Of a stretch of 64,000 nucleotides of DNA, positions 39,421 to 53,447 are shown one piece after another. A program made the translations under genes and the position numbers. The notes beneath the pieces are model-generated. The model searched no databases and had not been told where the DNA came from. It saw only the letters and a program-made list of their open reading frames with translations. This stretch comes from Octopus vulgaris (taxonomy: Eukaryota). How positions within the stretch are numbered: position 1 is the stretch's first letter; the number at the start of each line of letters is the position of its first letter. The DNA lies in assembly GCA_951406725.2 (NCBI GenBank), contig OX597828.1:27342001-27406000 (forward strand), written 5' to 3'.

Positions 39421-40034
39421 TTCTTTTATATTCTTGGCACAAGACCGGAAATTTTTAGGGCCAGTTCATTAGATCGACCCCCAGTACACAACTAATACTT
39501 AATTTATTGACCCTGAAAGGATGGACGGCAAAGTTGACTTTAGCAGAATTTGAACTCAGAATGTAAATACAGACGAAATACCACTAAGCATTTTGGCCAG
39601 CGTGCTAACGTTTCTTATTTCTTTATTGCCCACAAGGGGCTAAACATAGAGGGGACAAACAAGGGCCAACAAAGGGATTAAGTCGATGACATCGACCCCA
39701 GTGCGTAACTGGTACTTAATTTGTCGACCCCGAAAGGATGAAAGGTAAAGTCGACCTCAGCGGAATTTGAACTCAGAACGTAGTGGCAGACGTAATATCT
39801 ACTTCTTTACTACTCACAAGGGGCTAAACATAGAGGGGACAAACAAGGACTGAAAAAGGGATTAAGTCGATGACATCGACCCCAGTGCGTAACTGGTACT
39901 TAATTTATTGACCCCGAAAGGATGAAAGGTAAAGTCGACCTCGGCGGAATTTGAACTCAGAATGTAACGGCAGACAAAATAATGCTAAGCATTTCGCCCG
40001 GCATGCTAATGTTTCTGCCAGTTTGCCACCATCA
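39421..40034 (-). mobile_element. Head-to-tail trimer of SINE C with a probable 11-bp TSD
   Basis: Three cores, the last two ~183 bp apart; ctgatgtaaat at 39410-39420 and 40035-40045. Confidence 0.8.
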
Positions 40035-40653
40035 CTGATGTAAATATTCCTATTTCCCTTGTTCCCTTTTCCATCATTTCCTTCTTCTCACCTTCTATAA
40101 CAACATCCCTTCCAAACCAGTCCTCTTTCTTGCCTTGTTTTTTTTTTTTTTTTTTTTTTTTTACATCTCAACTGACCTTCAAAAATTCACACATAACATT
40201 AACTGTTGCAACCTTACTGACATTATCCTCTTGTCACTGTGCCACAGTCAAGGAAGTCTTAAACAGCCTATAGACACTCTCTCTCTCTCTCGCTTTCTCT
40301 CCTAAGACTTTATTATAATAGAAACAAATAAGATGAAGAACCAACTGTAATGAAATAACAAAGTCCTCTAAAATTCTATAAGCACATCTGCTAGACATCA
40401 TTAAATGTCAAGTATGTTCTTCTCATTTGAAATGTGATTTTGTAGTATTATGTATTTTTAAAAAACGAAAAGCTGCATGACATCTACAATGAAAAACAGT
40501 GTCATTCATACACACACAATCACACACACATGAACATACACCTACATACACATATGTATATGTGTGTGTTTATATATACATATATACACATACATATATG
40601 CATACATATGCACATATATATATATATACACACATACATTTGTACATATCTGT

Positions 40654-40736
<83 letters not shown>

Positions 40737-40913
40737 TGTATGTATATGTATATAGTTGCAGATGTGGCTGTGTGGTAAAAAGTTTGCGGCCCAAGCACAT
40801 GGTTCCATGTTCAGTTTCACTGTGGAGCACCTTAGGCAAACCTCTTTTGTTGCCTGAGGCCAACCGTAGCCTTGTGAGCAGATTTGGTAGACAGAAACTG
40901 AAAGAAGTCTGTC

Positions 40914-40945
<32 letters not shown>

Positions 40946-40959
40946 TTCAAATTCTCTCT

Positions 40960-41297
40960 CTCTATCCACTCAGTCAAGGTCGACTCTCTGTCACTCATTG
41001 GATCAGTGTCCTCCAGTCAGTTCTATCCTGGGCCACTTCTTTCAGATTGGCTGTGTCCATTCCGGTATCACTTTTGATGGTGTCAAGCCAGCGGGTTCTT
41101 GGTCGGCCTCGTCCTCTCTTGCCACTGACCATTCTGAGCATGATGTCCTTCTCCAGGGATTTTCTCTGCATAATATGACCGACATATGCCAATCTATGCT
41201 TGGTGATCGTAGCTTCTAGCGGCATTTTTGGCCTTATCTGCTTAAGAACTTCTCCATTGGTGAGCCTCGCTGTCCAAAGCTCAATCATTCTCCTCAC
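40960..41297 (-). mobile_element. 3' fragment of a second RTE family (BovB-like C-terminus)
   Basis: WTARLTNGEVL...RLAYVGHIMQRKSLEKDIML..VSGKRGRGRPRTRWLD...AQDRTDWR. Confidence 0.9.
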
Positions 41298-41533
41298 CGT
41301 GGTGCTGGGGGTGGCAATGGTATATGGTAAGTATGCTGGTTAACGGCTCTGGCCTGAGGAAAGACCTGGCCACCTACTCCAGTATCCTGGCCAATATACT
41401 CTATTGATCAAAAGTGTAAGAATTCTTAAATTCAAATTAGGATGAAAGTAAACAAAGTTTGCTTTAGAAGCATTGAGATGTAATAAAAGATAAGGAAATA
41501 ATTTTATTCTCAAACACAAAATTATTTCCTTAT

Positions 41534-41593
<60 letters not shown>

Positions 41594-44500
41594 TAGATAG
41601 ATAGATATGTGTTTGTCTTTGTGTTTGCCGCCACCATTGCTTGGCAACTGGTCTTTGTTTGTTTATGTCCTCATAACTTAGCAGTTCGGCAAAAGAGACT
41701 GATTAAATAAGTACCAGTTTTAAGAAAAAATAAAAGGGTACTGGGTTCTTCATTCATCTAAGAAATTAGTTGAGGCAGTGCTTCAGCATGGTCGCAGTCT
41801 AATGACCGAAACATGTAAAATATAAAATACAATATATACATACATATGTAAGTGTATATATGTATATTCTTTTATTGTTTAACTTGTTTCAGTCAAATGA
41901 CTGTGGCCATACTGGAGCACCACCTTTTAGTCAAAGAAATCAATCCCTGGACTTATTCTTTGTAAGCCTGGTGCTTATTCTATTGGGCGTCTTCTGCCGA
42001 ACAACTATTTTTAAATGCTCAGTAAATTACTCCACAAGACAGCTGGGGTTTATTATTCTAATGGGTATGGTTTGTGCAGAGTCAGTCCTACTCTCTCATC
42101 TTCCAACCTTGTCCTGGTACAACAAGTCCTGTTTTTATCAAGATGCCACATTTTAGAAAAGCTTGATAGCTTAACAGGATTATTAATTTCAAACTCTTAC
42201 CAAACTTGCTCCAGGCTAGGTCCTCCATATTGATTACTGAAAGTTCAATATATATATATAAATATACAAAACAAGAGCATACTTTTATAAAATTAAAACA
42301 ATGATAATGAATAGCTGCATATACATTTTTAAATTAAATGCCAAATACAACTTTATTAAAATAAATTAATGTACAAAAAAATTATAGTTATGATTGAACG
42401 GTAGAAGTATTTAAGGAACAGTTTAAACATTACATGGAAAATACTCAGTGGTTGCTAAATGAAATTTTCGGAAATATTAACCACATGTATAATTCCAAGC
42501 TCCGAATTTAATCTCTCGTTCCAATACATGATGCATACCAAAATAACCAAAATACTAATGCTAAAATGTGTGTGTGTGTTCAGCAATTTTTGTATTGTAC
42601 CCTACTGACATTCAGAGAAGATATATTAGTAAGAATGTAGGTGTTACAGGACAGTATTGGCTGGTTGGTTGGTGGGGGTGGGGGGTGCAAGAAAATAAAT
42701 AAAGAGCAGCTTCTGATCTTAGAATTTTCTTTTTAAACCATAATTCATTTTTCAAGAAGTAAATTAGATTTGTTATTGCTTTGTTTTTGTTTTCTAAAAA
42801 TAAAAGCATTATGTGATTAGATCACTGTAATTTAATTTTCAATTGAGGTGTGATTCTCTGGGGTAAATGTCTTCTGAAAGATTGTTTTAATTAGAATTTA
42901 GTAATTTTTTTTTTTTCTTCATTGTTTTCTTCAGAACTGCTACTATATGATAAGGTTTGTGATCACGTATGTAATAGAAATTTAGAGTAACAATGGGGGG
43001 GGGGGGGTTGTCAGTTAAGGGAAGAGAAAGTCAGATACAGGTACTATATTGTCAGAATGACCCAGATTATTCTTTTAGGCAGATATAGAAAGGTGTTAAT
43101 CATTTTAACAACCAGAGACATGTAGTCAAGGTATGTGCTAGCCATACACTGCAACCACCTTCTTTGCATCCATTTTATGGTCTTCTTGCTCTGGTTCTGA
43201 ACCCTTAAATGTACCCAGGTAGTCATTTAAGCATACATCATTTATTTTATATAAAGTACTGCTCAATAAAGCTTACCATATTTGATGGCATATAAAATGC
43301 ACTTTTTAAAAAAAATATCTCATAAGACCACCCTGGGGATTCTATGAGAAATTGAGCATATTATTACATGCGTTCCTGCTCTAAGAGCTGTTTTTCGTGA
43401 ATTTGCACTGCTAAAATTGGAATGTGTCTAATATTTCTATCGATCTTACGATATGAGACACCCATTTTTTCCCCTCCAGAATATACCCCAGGTCATATAT
43501 GCAAAGTTGAGCCTATATTACACGCTTTGATGCACTAAATAAATTTTCCGGAATATGCCCTGCAGAAATTGGCATCCATTATGTCTCTGCATCTTTTATG
43601 CCATTATACATGATGCCTTGTGTTAATTTCCAGCAAGAATAACCATATTGTTAAGCAAATGTCTTCAGAATCAAGCACATGGTACTGAATTCTATTCTGG
43701 TGCATAGCAGTTTAGACATATGTCATGAGAAACACCAAAAAATGTGTGAATCATTGAGAAAGCATTGATATAGAACTTTGATTCAAGTTTTGAGATATGT
43801 GTGTAATATTAGGACAAGATATAAGCACCCCACTACACTCTCGGAGTGGTTGGCGTTAGGAAGGGCATCCAGCTGTAAAAACATTGCCAGTTCAGATTGG
43901 AGCCTTGTGCAGCCTTCTGGCTTGCCAGTCCTCAGTCAAATGACAACAATGACAATGATGATGATGAATGAAGTAGAAATGGTGCTTCAGTTCACTTTCC
44001 AACCTCATGGTTTCAGGTTCTGTCCCACTGCATTGCACCATAGGCAGAAGTCATTTACAATAACCCCAGACTGACCAGAGCCTTAAGAATAGATCTGGTA
44101 AAAGGAAACTGGAAGAAGCCCATTGTGTATATATGTGTGTGAAAGAGAGAGTGTGTGTGTATGCATGCATGAATGTGTGTGTGTATGTTTGTCTTGATAT
44201 TATGTAATAGTTGTGAGTGTTACTGTCATACAAGTGATGTTATTTGTTTCCAATCTTCTGTGAAAGCATATTCAGTCATGCGGAAATATTGTCTTGTTTG
44301 GAAATGGGTGAGGGTTAGTGACAGAAAGGACATCCAGCTGTAGAAAACCTGCATCACTGAATTCCCTCTGACGCGTGCATGCATGGAACTGTTAAGGACG
44401 ATGGTTTATATATATTTCTATCAAGCTTAAACTACAGTAAATAACTATGATAGAAAAATCTGTTCAGTTGTTCACTGTTTCAGCCATCACTTAATTGTAA

Positions 44501-45842
44501 CAGACAATTTTTAACTGTTTAACTGTGAAATTAAATTTCATGGCTATTCCAGTAATGATATTAAATATCTACAAAAAAAATAGAATTGGCATTTTCTGCA
44601 AGTCACCTCAATAAACTTGACACATCTCAACAAAAATTAGTTTCAAGCATGACATTCCTCAACAAAAGATAGATTGGTGAATAGAATTGCTTTCCTGCAG
44701 TTAAGGCTAATAAAATTTTGAATGGATATATCAGATTTCCACAGCAAAAAGGTTAAGGAAGGATAGCTATGGCATTTAGATGCCAAATTCTTTACCACAT
44801 GAGCATGAGTTAAAACTCAATTTCTACTGCCATCATATTGTGTTGCTGGCAAAGTTATATAACATAGACCACAGTCTGCCTGGCTGACAAACTAGTTCCA
44901 TTTAAGAGTGACATTTCAGATGTTTATCAGAAGTGAGAATGGCATACATCTGTAGGAATAATTATTCCACCAGTATACAGATGTCTCAATGTGTGAAAAC
45001 TATCATCCAATCTAGCAAAACAATGCTAATGATAATAATAATAATTATAATTATAAGAATGATGACAATTTCAAATTTTGGTACAAGGCCAGTAATTTCA
45101 GTAGAGGGTAAGTTGATTAAATTGACACCAGTGTTCAACTGGTATTTATTTTATTGACCCTGGAAAAGTGAATGACAAAATCAACCTCAGTGGAATTTGA
45201 ACTCAGAACATAAAGCTGGAATAATGATGCTAAGCATTTTGTCCACCATGCTAATGATTCTGCCAGCTTGCTACTTTAATAATAATAATAATAATGGACT
45301 CTTCCATCAAAGATGATGGATAAGTGTTCAGTTTTTGCTAAACGACTTGCAAAAATGATTTGTTTATAGAGATCAAATGCCCCTGCTGTGCATTAGCTCA
45401 TTCTAATGAATCAACATTGCCTGAACAGGTGCACGGTGTGCCACATGTCAAAGTGATAAGAGAGCAACATGAGATGAAGTGTTTTGCTCAAGAACACAGC
45501 ACACCACACACCACCCAGTCTAGGGATTGAAACCAGAACCAGAACCTCACGATCATGAGTACAACACTCTAACCACTAATAATAATAATAATGATAATAA
45601 TAATAAAAGTAATCCTTTCTACTAAAGGCAGAAGGCCTGAAATTTCAGGGGATGGAACTATCAATTACATCAATCCCAATATTTCACTGGTACTTCATTT
45701 ATCAAACCCAGAAGGATGAAAGGCAATGTTGACCTCAGTGGAATTTGAACTCGGAACATAAAGATGGATGAAATGCCACAAAGCATTTTCCATGGGATTC
45801 TAACAATACTGCAAGCTCATGATTAATAATAATAATAATAAT

Positions 45843-46665
45843 AGGGCAATGGATACATGGGCTGATTCCTTAATCCGATATGGTGCAAGTGTTGTTAGGT
45901 GGACAAAGAATGAGCTCAAGGAAATGGACACAAAAATGAGAAAAGTGATGACAATGAGCAAGGAAGCAATATTAACAGCCTGTATGTGCCTAGAAACAGG
46001 GATGGAAGAGGTCTGATAGGATGCAAGATCTGTGTTGTCAGCAAGAACAGTCTGGAATGGTACATCAAACAACATAGTGACTCCTTGCTTGCCGTTGTTA
46101 GAATTAACAATATAATGCCTACCGAAAATGTGATGCACCCACAAACATTTAAGAAACAAGATGAAGCAGAAAGAGTAAACAATTGGAAAATGAAACCACT
46201 GCATGGAGAATTCCTCAGAGAAATTGAAGGAAAAGACAATATCAACATTTGGGGATTATCATCATTGTTTGATGTCCGTTTTCCATGCTAGCATGAGTTG
46301 GATGGTTCAACCAGGGTCTGGGAAGGCAGAAGGCTGCACCAGGCTTGGTTATGAAAAAGTGATTTGGAAGGATGCACTGAGGCATTGATATGCAGTGCCC
46401 AGGAACAAACTCTGAGAACTAATTACACCAAGTTCCAAATAAATCATAGCAGCGAATCACCCCTTTGTAGGAAGTGTGGCAGTAAAAACGAAACAATCTC
46501 ACATATTGTGAGTGAGTGTAGCAAGCTGGCCCAAAAGCATGGCAAAAGGAGTTATGATAACATGGCTAAGTTCATACTGGAGGCTGTGTGGAAAGTATGG
46601 CCTGAACAGAGCATGGAAATAGTACAAACATGAACCAGAAGGAGTCACTGAGAATAAGGAATATA
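45843..46665 (+). mobile_element. Fragment of an RLE-type non-LTR retrotransposon (R4/Dong-like), interrupted by an RTE tail at ~46255-46345
   Basis: LYVPRNRDGRGL, WKMKPLHGEF, TEALICSAQEQTLRTN and CCHC finger CRKC-x8-H-x4-C; frameshifts. Confidence 0.85.
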
Positions 46666-49219
46666 AGTACCAGTGTGCAAATGGTACTTATTTAATTGAC
46701 CCTGAAAGGATGAAAGGTAAAGTCGACCTTGGCGGAATTTGAACTCAGCGTAAAGACAGAGGAAACTCTGTTAAGCATTTCGCCCGATGTGCTAACGTTT
46801 CTGCCAGCTCGCAAATAATAAGCAGCAGTAGTAGTAGTAGTAGTAGTAGTAGTAGATGTAATAACCTGGCTTTGTTTGAAACAGCTTTAGAAAATATTGT
46901 AGCTAAGGAATATGTATTTGTTTTAAAAGTATTACTCTGGGAGCACAGAAACTTGAAGGTCTACTTAAATCTTAATTATGCTGTAATCAATAACTGGAAA
47001 ATATATCTTCCTAAATTCTCTCTTTCTTGAATTAAACAAATACTTGAAAAAGATCTGACGTAAATAAATACCTTGACAAATTTTGGTAGCTAAAGGTGCA
47101 AATTTCTGCTGACAAACAGCAGTCTCTAATCTGCTGTTTTCTTAATGTCTAACCCAAACTGCAGTGCAATTGTCTTTCAGTAATTTAATCCTCGTTCCAA
47201 CATTACAATGTATGCAAAACATCAAGTGCAGTTTTTTTTTCTTTATTCCTTATTGTTTCACCAACTTTTTATTTTTTCGTTTTGACATTTTGACATTATT
47301 ATATTTGAAACAAAGTTTGAAATATTTTGTATTATATTTATTATCATTATTATTATTAATATTATCATTATCATTGTTATTATTTAAGATATTTAATCTT
47401 ATATATAAGATTTTTGAAATCACTTTATCTCAAGTTTATATCATTAGACAGAAAACTTGCTTATTTTATTTACAAATTTATGAAAGTTTGGTGATATCAG
47501 TAAAATAACAATCTATACACCTACTGATTCTACTATATTGGAATATCATTTTATTCCATTAGAATTTACCAATTTCTTTTTTTTGCATTTTGTCAACTTT
47601 TTTTTTCCAATTTGCATTACACTGCCAATTTTATGTAGAATTTAAAAAAAAAAAAATTCTTTTCTAAATAAACAAATATCTTAGTTGAAATGAAGTTTAA
47701 AAGTTTAAAATATTTTTGTTTCTTTTGGTCTAAGAATGTTATTCCAGATAGATTTTTAAATGTCTACTCTAAATTTGTTTATATTATCATGGTTTGATAA
47801 TTTGTTTTTATTTTATTCATCATCATCATTATCATTATTATTTTTTCATTCAGAAGACTATTTCAAATAGTTTTCTTTGGACACCTTTGCAAAAAGGATA
47901 ATACCCACCACACACATACACAAGAAAAAAAAAAAAACTAAAATAGAAAACCCCATACAGAACAAAAAAAAAAACATTAGCAAACTTTTGTATCCTCCAT
48001 GTTCACATTACGGCAGCACATTCTATTGCAATATTCTTTGAAATTGAATCTCAAGAAACCTCATATTTTCACCGGAACCACAAAATTAGTATTGATGATG
48101 GCATGGAATATTCTGCTTAATTGGCTTTTAGTTTCATTGATTTCTATGAATATTGAATGAGAAATAAATGAGAAAGCAAAATGCAAACAAACAAACAAAA
48201 ACAAACAAGAAAAAGGTAGGGAAAATGTAAGATTGCATTTTTGGAAGGACAGAATTCTTTTTGGTTATTTTCATTTTCTTTGTAGCTAATTCCACAGATT
48301 GCAGTGTTAGAATTATTATTAATAACTTTTGTTTTTTTTTTTATATCCTTTTCAGGAATAAGAAAAACATTATCTAAATAGAACCTTCTAGAATTCATTC
48401 TGTGATATTACATTTTTCTTTAGCTATTTTACCTTTGTTTTTTATCACCTTTTTTTTTTTTCGTTTTTCATTTTTTCATATTCTCTCGCTCTCATCATTG
48501 TCTAAGAAGATGATTTTCATTTTTTTCTCCCCCCTTTTTTTCTCTTAACATTTGTTTTCTTTCCCCTTTCTCATTTTAAAATCTGACCCCTTCTAAAATA
48601 TTCTCCTTATAAACTCCCTTTTTATTTCTTCCCTACTTAAACCCTTCTTCTCTACACTGTCACTTGCTCCTTCTTTATCAACACCTCTACACGACTCTTC
48701 ATCATCAAAAGTGTTTTCCGATTCTTCCATTACTTACCATTTAGCTCAGCTCTTGGCTTTTACTCGTTGTCATTGCACCACGGCCATGCTGGAGCACTGT
48801 CTTGGAAAGCTTACTTCACTGAATTGGTCCCAATATTTAGCTTTTAAGTCTAACATTTTTTTCTGTCAGTATCTTTTGCCAAACCACTAATTTATGGGGA
48901 CATAAATGAACCAACACCAGTTGCCAAGCAATAGTGGAGACAAACATAAAGATATACACACAGATAAACAGTAAGCTCAATGACAAAATGAGAAATTCAA
49001 ATTGCTTTAACAATTGTTTCAGTAAACAAATATTTTTTTTATTCCATGCCACACATATATATGTCTGTGTATGGTAAAATTAATAATTATTAATTATTAT
49101 TAATTAAATAATTAATTAATTAATTTTACCCTATATTATTATTAAAATTATATATATAAGGGTATCAAATCCTGTTAAAGGGATGTTGCCATTCTTTTTG
49201 TCATACAAGAATATATACG

Positions 49220-49274
<55 letters not shown>

Positions 49275-49276
49275 CA

Positions 49277-49531
49277 CCATCATCATCATCATCATCATTT
49301 AACGTCCGCTCTCCATGCTAGCATGGGTTGGACAGTTTGACCAGGATCTGGGAAGCCAGCAGGCTGCACCAGGCTCCAGTCTGATCTGGCAGTGTTTCTA
49401 CAGCTGGATGCCCTTCCTAACACCAACCACTCCATGAGTGTAGTGGGTGCTTTTTACGTGCCACCGGCATGGAAGCCAGTCAAGTGCTGGTGGCATGTAA
49501 AAAGCACCAATCCGATCGTGGCCGTTGCCAG
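49277..49531 (-). mobile_element. RTE 3'-tail fragment nested in the (TA)n of a SINE A
   Basis: Closely similar to 35361-35560. Confidence 0.85.
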
Positions 49532-49584
<53 letters not shown>

Positions 49585-50119
49585 TTGTGTGTGTGTATAT
49601 ATGTATGTGACAGGCTTCCACACAGTTTCCATGTACCAAATTCACACATAAGACATTGGTCAACCTGGAGCTGTAGTAGAATATGCTTACCCAAGATGCT
49701 GAACCATGGGACTGAACTCAAAACCACATGGCTGCAAACTGAGCTTCTTAACCACACAGCCATGCCAGCACCAATATCAAATTCTCCTTTTTTGTCCTTC
49801 AGTTCTTCCTCTTTTCTAAATTACCAATTCTTTCGAACTTCATGAGATTTCCTTTAGTCCTCTGATTCTTGCACTTTAAGAACACATCTTACTTTTCTTC
49901 TCTTCCCTCTTACTGCCCCTCAACATCTCACCTTTTGCCATTTTTTTTTTTTTACTTCTTTCCTTCTTCTCTTATGTTTTACTTGGTTTTCTTTGTCTTT
50001 CTTTCATTTTATTAATTTTCTTCTTGAATCATATTTTGCTTTAAAACTCATTTCTACCTCACCTCCTCCTCCTCTCTCTCTTTTTATACTATATATGGGT
50101 ATACCTACACATTCATATG

Positions 50120-50222
50120 TCTGTGTGTGTATATATATACACACACACATATATATATATATATATATTATGTATATATATATTATATATATATATATAT
50201 ATATGTGTATATATGTATATAT

Positions 50223-50290
<68 letters not shown>

Positions 50291-50401
50291 ATATATGTAT
50301 ATATATGTGTGTGTATATATGTATATATATGTGTGTGTATATATGTATATATATGTGTGTGTATATATATATATACATGTGTATATATATATGTGTATAT
50401 A

Positions 50402-50445
<44 letters not shown>

Positions 50446-50495
50446 TATATGTGTATATATGTATATATATGTGTGTGTGTATATATGTATATATA

Positions 50496-50534
<39 letters not shown>

Positions 50535-50557
50535 GTGTATATATATATGTGCATATA

Positions 50558-50600
<43 letters not shown>
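50120..50600. repeat. Long compound (TA)n/(TG)n microsatellite (similar tracts at 28026-28383, 29060-29490, 51210-51550)
   Basis: Direct repeats. Confidence 0.95.
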
Positions 50601-50604
<4 letters not shown>

Positions 50605-50668
50605 TTTCTTTCTCACAGTATGTCTTGCTTCACATCAAATTTTATTCTTCACCTTCCCATCTTTTCCA

Positions 50669-50711
<43 letters not shown>

Positions 50712-51252
50712 CATTATCAAAGAAGCTTTTGTCTTATTGTTGCATTTGTTTACATTTCATTCATATAATACATTTATTTATTTATTTATTTATGCATTCA
50801 TTCATTCATTCGTTCATTCTTTCATTCATTATTTCTTCTGTTGTCCTCTTCCCAGTTTATCTTCACTGCTGCCATCATCTTCATTGCCGTCATCATCACC
50901 ACCATCACCTCCATCATCTCCATCATTTACATATACTTTGTTTTTCTACCACCACCACCACCTCCTCCTCTTCGTCTCTTCCTCCTCCTCCCCCCACTTC
51001 CCACCACAGTGAAAAGAAGGTTGCATAAACAATGCCCCAACCAAACAAAATAAACAAACAGAAACTTTTACTTTCCTGTGTGCTGCATAAAACGTACATA
51101 CATACATACATACACATACATACATACACACATACATACATACACACATATATACATACATTGTTATGTCTAGAATCTTGCAAACCAGATACAAAAATTA
51201 TATATAGATCTATATATATGTATGTATGTATGTATGTATTTATATATATATA

Positions 51253-51342
<90 letters not shown>

Positions 51343-51350
51343 TAACTGTA

Positions 51351-51398
<48 letters not shown>

Positions 51399-52529
51399 TA
51401 TATCATATATATATATATATATTATATATATATATATACATATGTATTTGTATGTATATATATATACACACATATATAAATTCTGTACATATATATTTGT
51501 GTGTATGTATTTATACACACACTCATACACACACACACACACACACACATATATGGGTGTATTTATAGTTTTTTTTTTACACTCATCACCTCCAGCCTTG
51601 TTGTTTCTCTTCTATTATTTGTTTCAGTCTTCTCTCTCACCTTCACTCCCTCCCCTACCTCCTTCTATCTATGTCTTCCTCTCTCTCTCTCTCCATTTCT
51701 TTCATTTCATGTTGTTGTTTGTAGTGTTTTTTTTTTTCACTTCCTCATTCATTCTAAATGCATTTCTTTCATCTCCATACCACTGTCTACAGTTCTTTTT
51801 TTTTTTTTACTTTATCCTTGTATTTTTTTTTTGTTTAACTATTCGTATATGTTACCATTCTATCTTCTCTCTATCACAATTTTTTTTTATTTATTTATTT
51901 TTGCACACTCTCTTCCTTTCTTTTTTCTTTAGTTTATTGAGTAGCATTCTCTTCTTTATCTTCCTCTCTCTCTCTCCCTCTCTCTGCCATATTTTCTATT
52001 TGTTTTCTTATTCCACCTCCCCCACCACACAATTTTTTTTTCTCTTTATTCTAAATGCTTTTTACAATAACTTGTTTTTCTTTCTTTCTTTCTTTCTATG
52101 CTCTTCTCTTCTTCTTTCCCAACTACTTTCTAACATTCTCTTTAGCCCTCCTTCAATTTCATTAACCTTTAAAATGTCTTTCACACACTCATTATACCAT
52201 CAGTTTCTTCCCTCCTCTCTCTGTCTCTCTCTCATTCGTATCTCTTTCTGTTTTCCTTCAGTTCCATTTTCTTCTTCTTACTATTATTATTATTATTATT
52301 ATTATTTTTAAGGCAAGAACCATTAGCATGCCAGGCTTAGCAGTATTTCATCCATTTTTATGTTCTCGGTTCAAATCCCACCATGGTCGACTCAGTCCAT
52401 CATCTCTTATGGGGTTGATGAAATAAGTACCTGGAGCGTGGGACTAGAACACTAGGGGGAGGGGTTTGACAATATCGATTTTCCCTCTTCCACAAAACTA
52501 CTTGCTTTGAGCCATTATTATCATTACTA

Positions 52530-52560
<31 letters not shown>

Positions 52561-53227
52561 TAAGGTGGCAAGCTGGTAGAATTGTTAGCACATTGGATGA
52601 AATGTGTTCAGGATGTAAGGAAGTGGTTACAATATGATGGACAAGAGGAGGGCAGCCAAGTGAGTTGTCTGTGGCTGTGTGGAAGTGGTGCACGATCAGC
52701 TACTTTTGAAGAGCAGAGGCTGTTGTTGTAGCAGTAGAGAATGCAGAGAGAGGATACAGCAGTTCTGTGGGCCAAAGGCTGAGGTGTGTTCATGTGTGAT
52801 TTCTTGTCAATCAGTCAAGAGATTTTTTTTTTGGATGTGGTCTTGGATGGGTTTGTGTGTAACAACCATATAAAAACAGCACCCTGTTAATAAGTCCCGT
52901 ATGAGCTTTGTAATAAGGAAATAGTTACTAGAGTTTATAGCAGAAATGATTAACTTCTTTTGAAAAACAGGCCACATGAGACAAGTTCATCATCAGGTGG
53001 GTTGCACTACTAAAACATTCCCAATAATTTTTCATTAGGTATGTCATTTAGAAAAGTCCTGCTGGCCACAGTTTGTCCGTGAATGAGTGAAAGAGTTTTC
53101 TTGCCCTGCAAATCGGAAGGTTAATGTGTGATGCTGTTTTGGCTGTGTCTGGAGTGTACATTTACCAAGAGAGGGTTCTCCTGGAGATCATAAACCTTGA
53201 GCGTTGTGTTGTCTTGTTTATATTTAA

Positions 53228-53447
53228 CCCTTTAGCATTCAAACTGGCCATATCCGGCCTAAATATTTTACCCCCCTTTTGTTCAAAACCAGTCAGATCC
53301 AGCCTCTTACCCTGTCCTACAATATTATTCCCAAAGTAATGAGTCACGTTGCAGAAATCTCACAGCTATGAGATAATGCATGATTAATTCAATGCAATGT
53401 GAATAAACAAGCATCACATTTGGTAGAATAATGTGAATACTAAAGGG
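53228..53447 (+). mobile_element. piggyBac-like MITE, 220 bp
   Basis: TTAA-CCCTTTAG...CTAAAGGG-TTAA. Confidence 0.85.

Noticed and set aside
49993-52311. Long ORFs (339 aa, 317 aa) and the many [12 protein letters not shown] ORFs throughout
   Set aside because: Translations of stop-free microsatellites and pyrimidine tracts; no protein-like composition.
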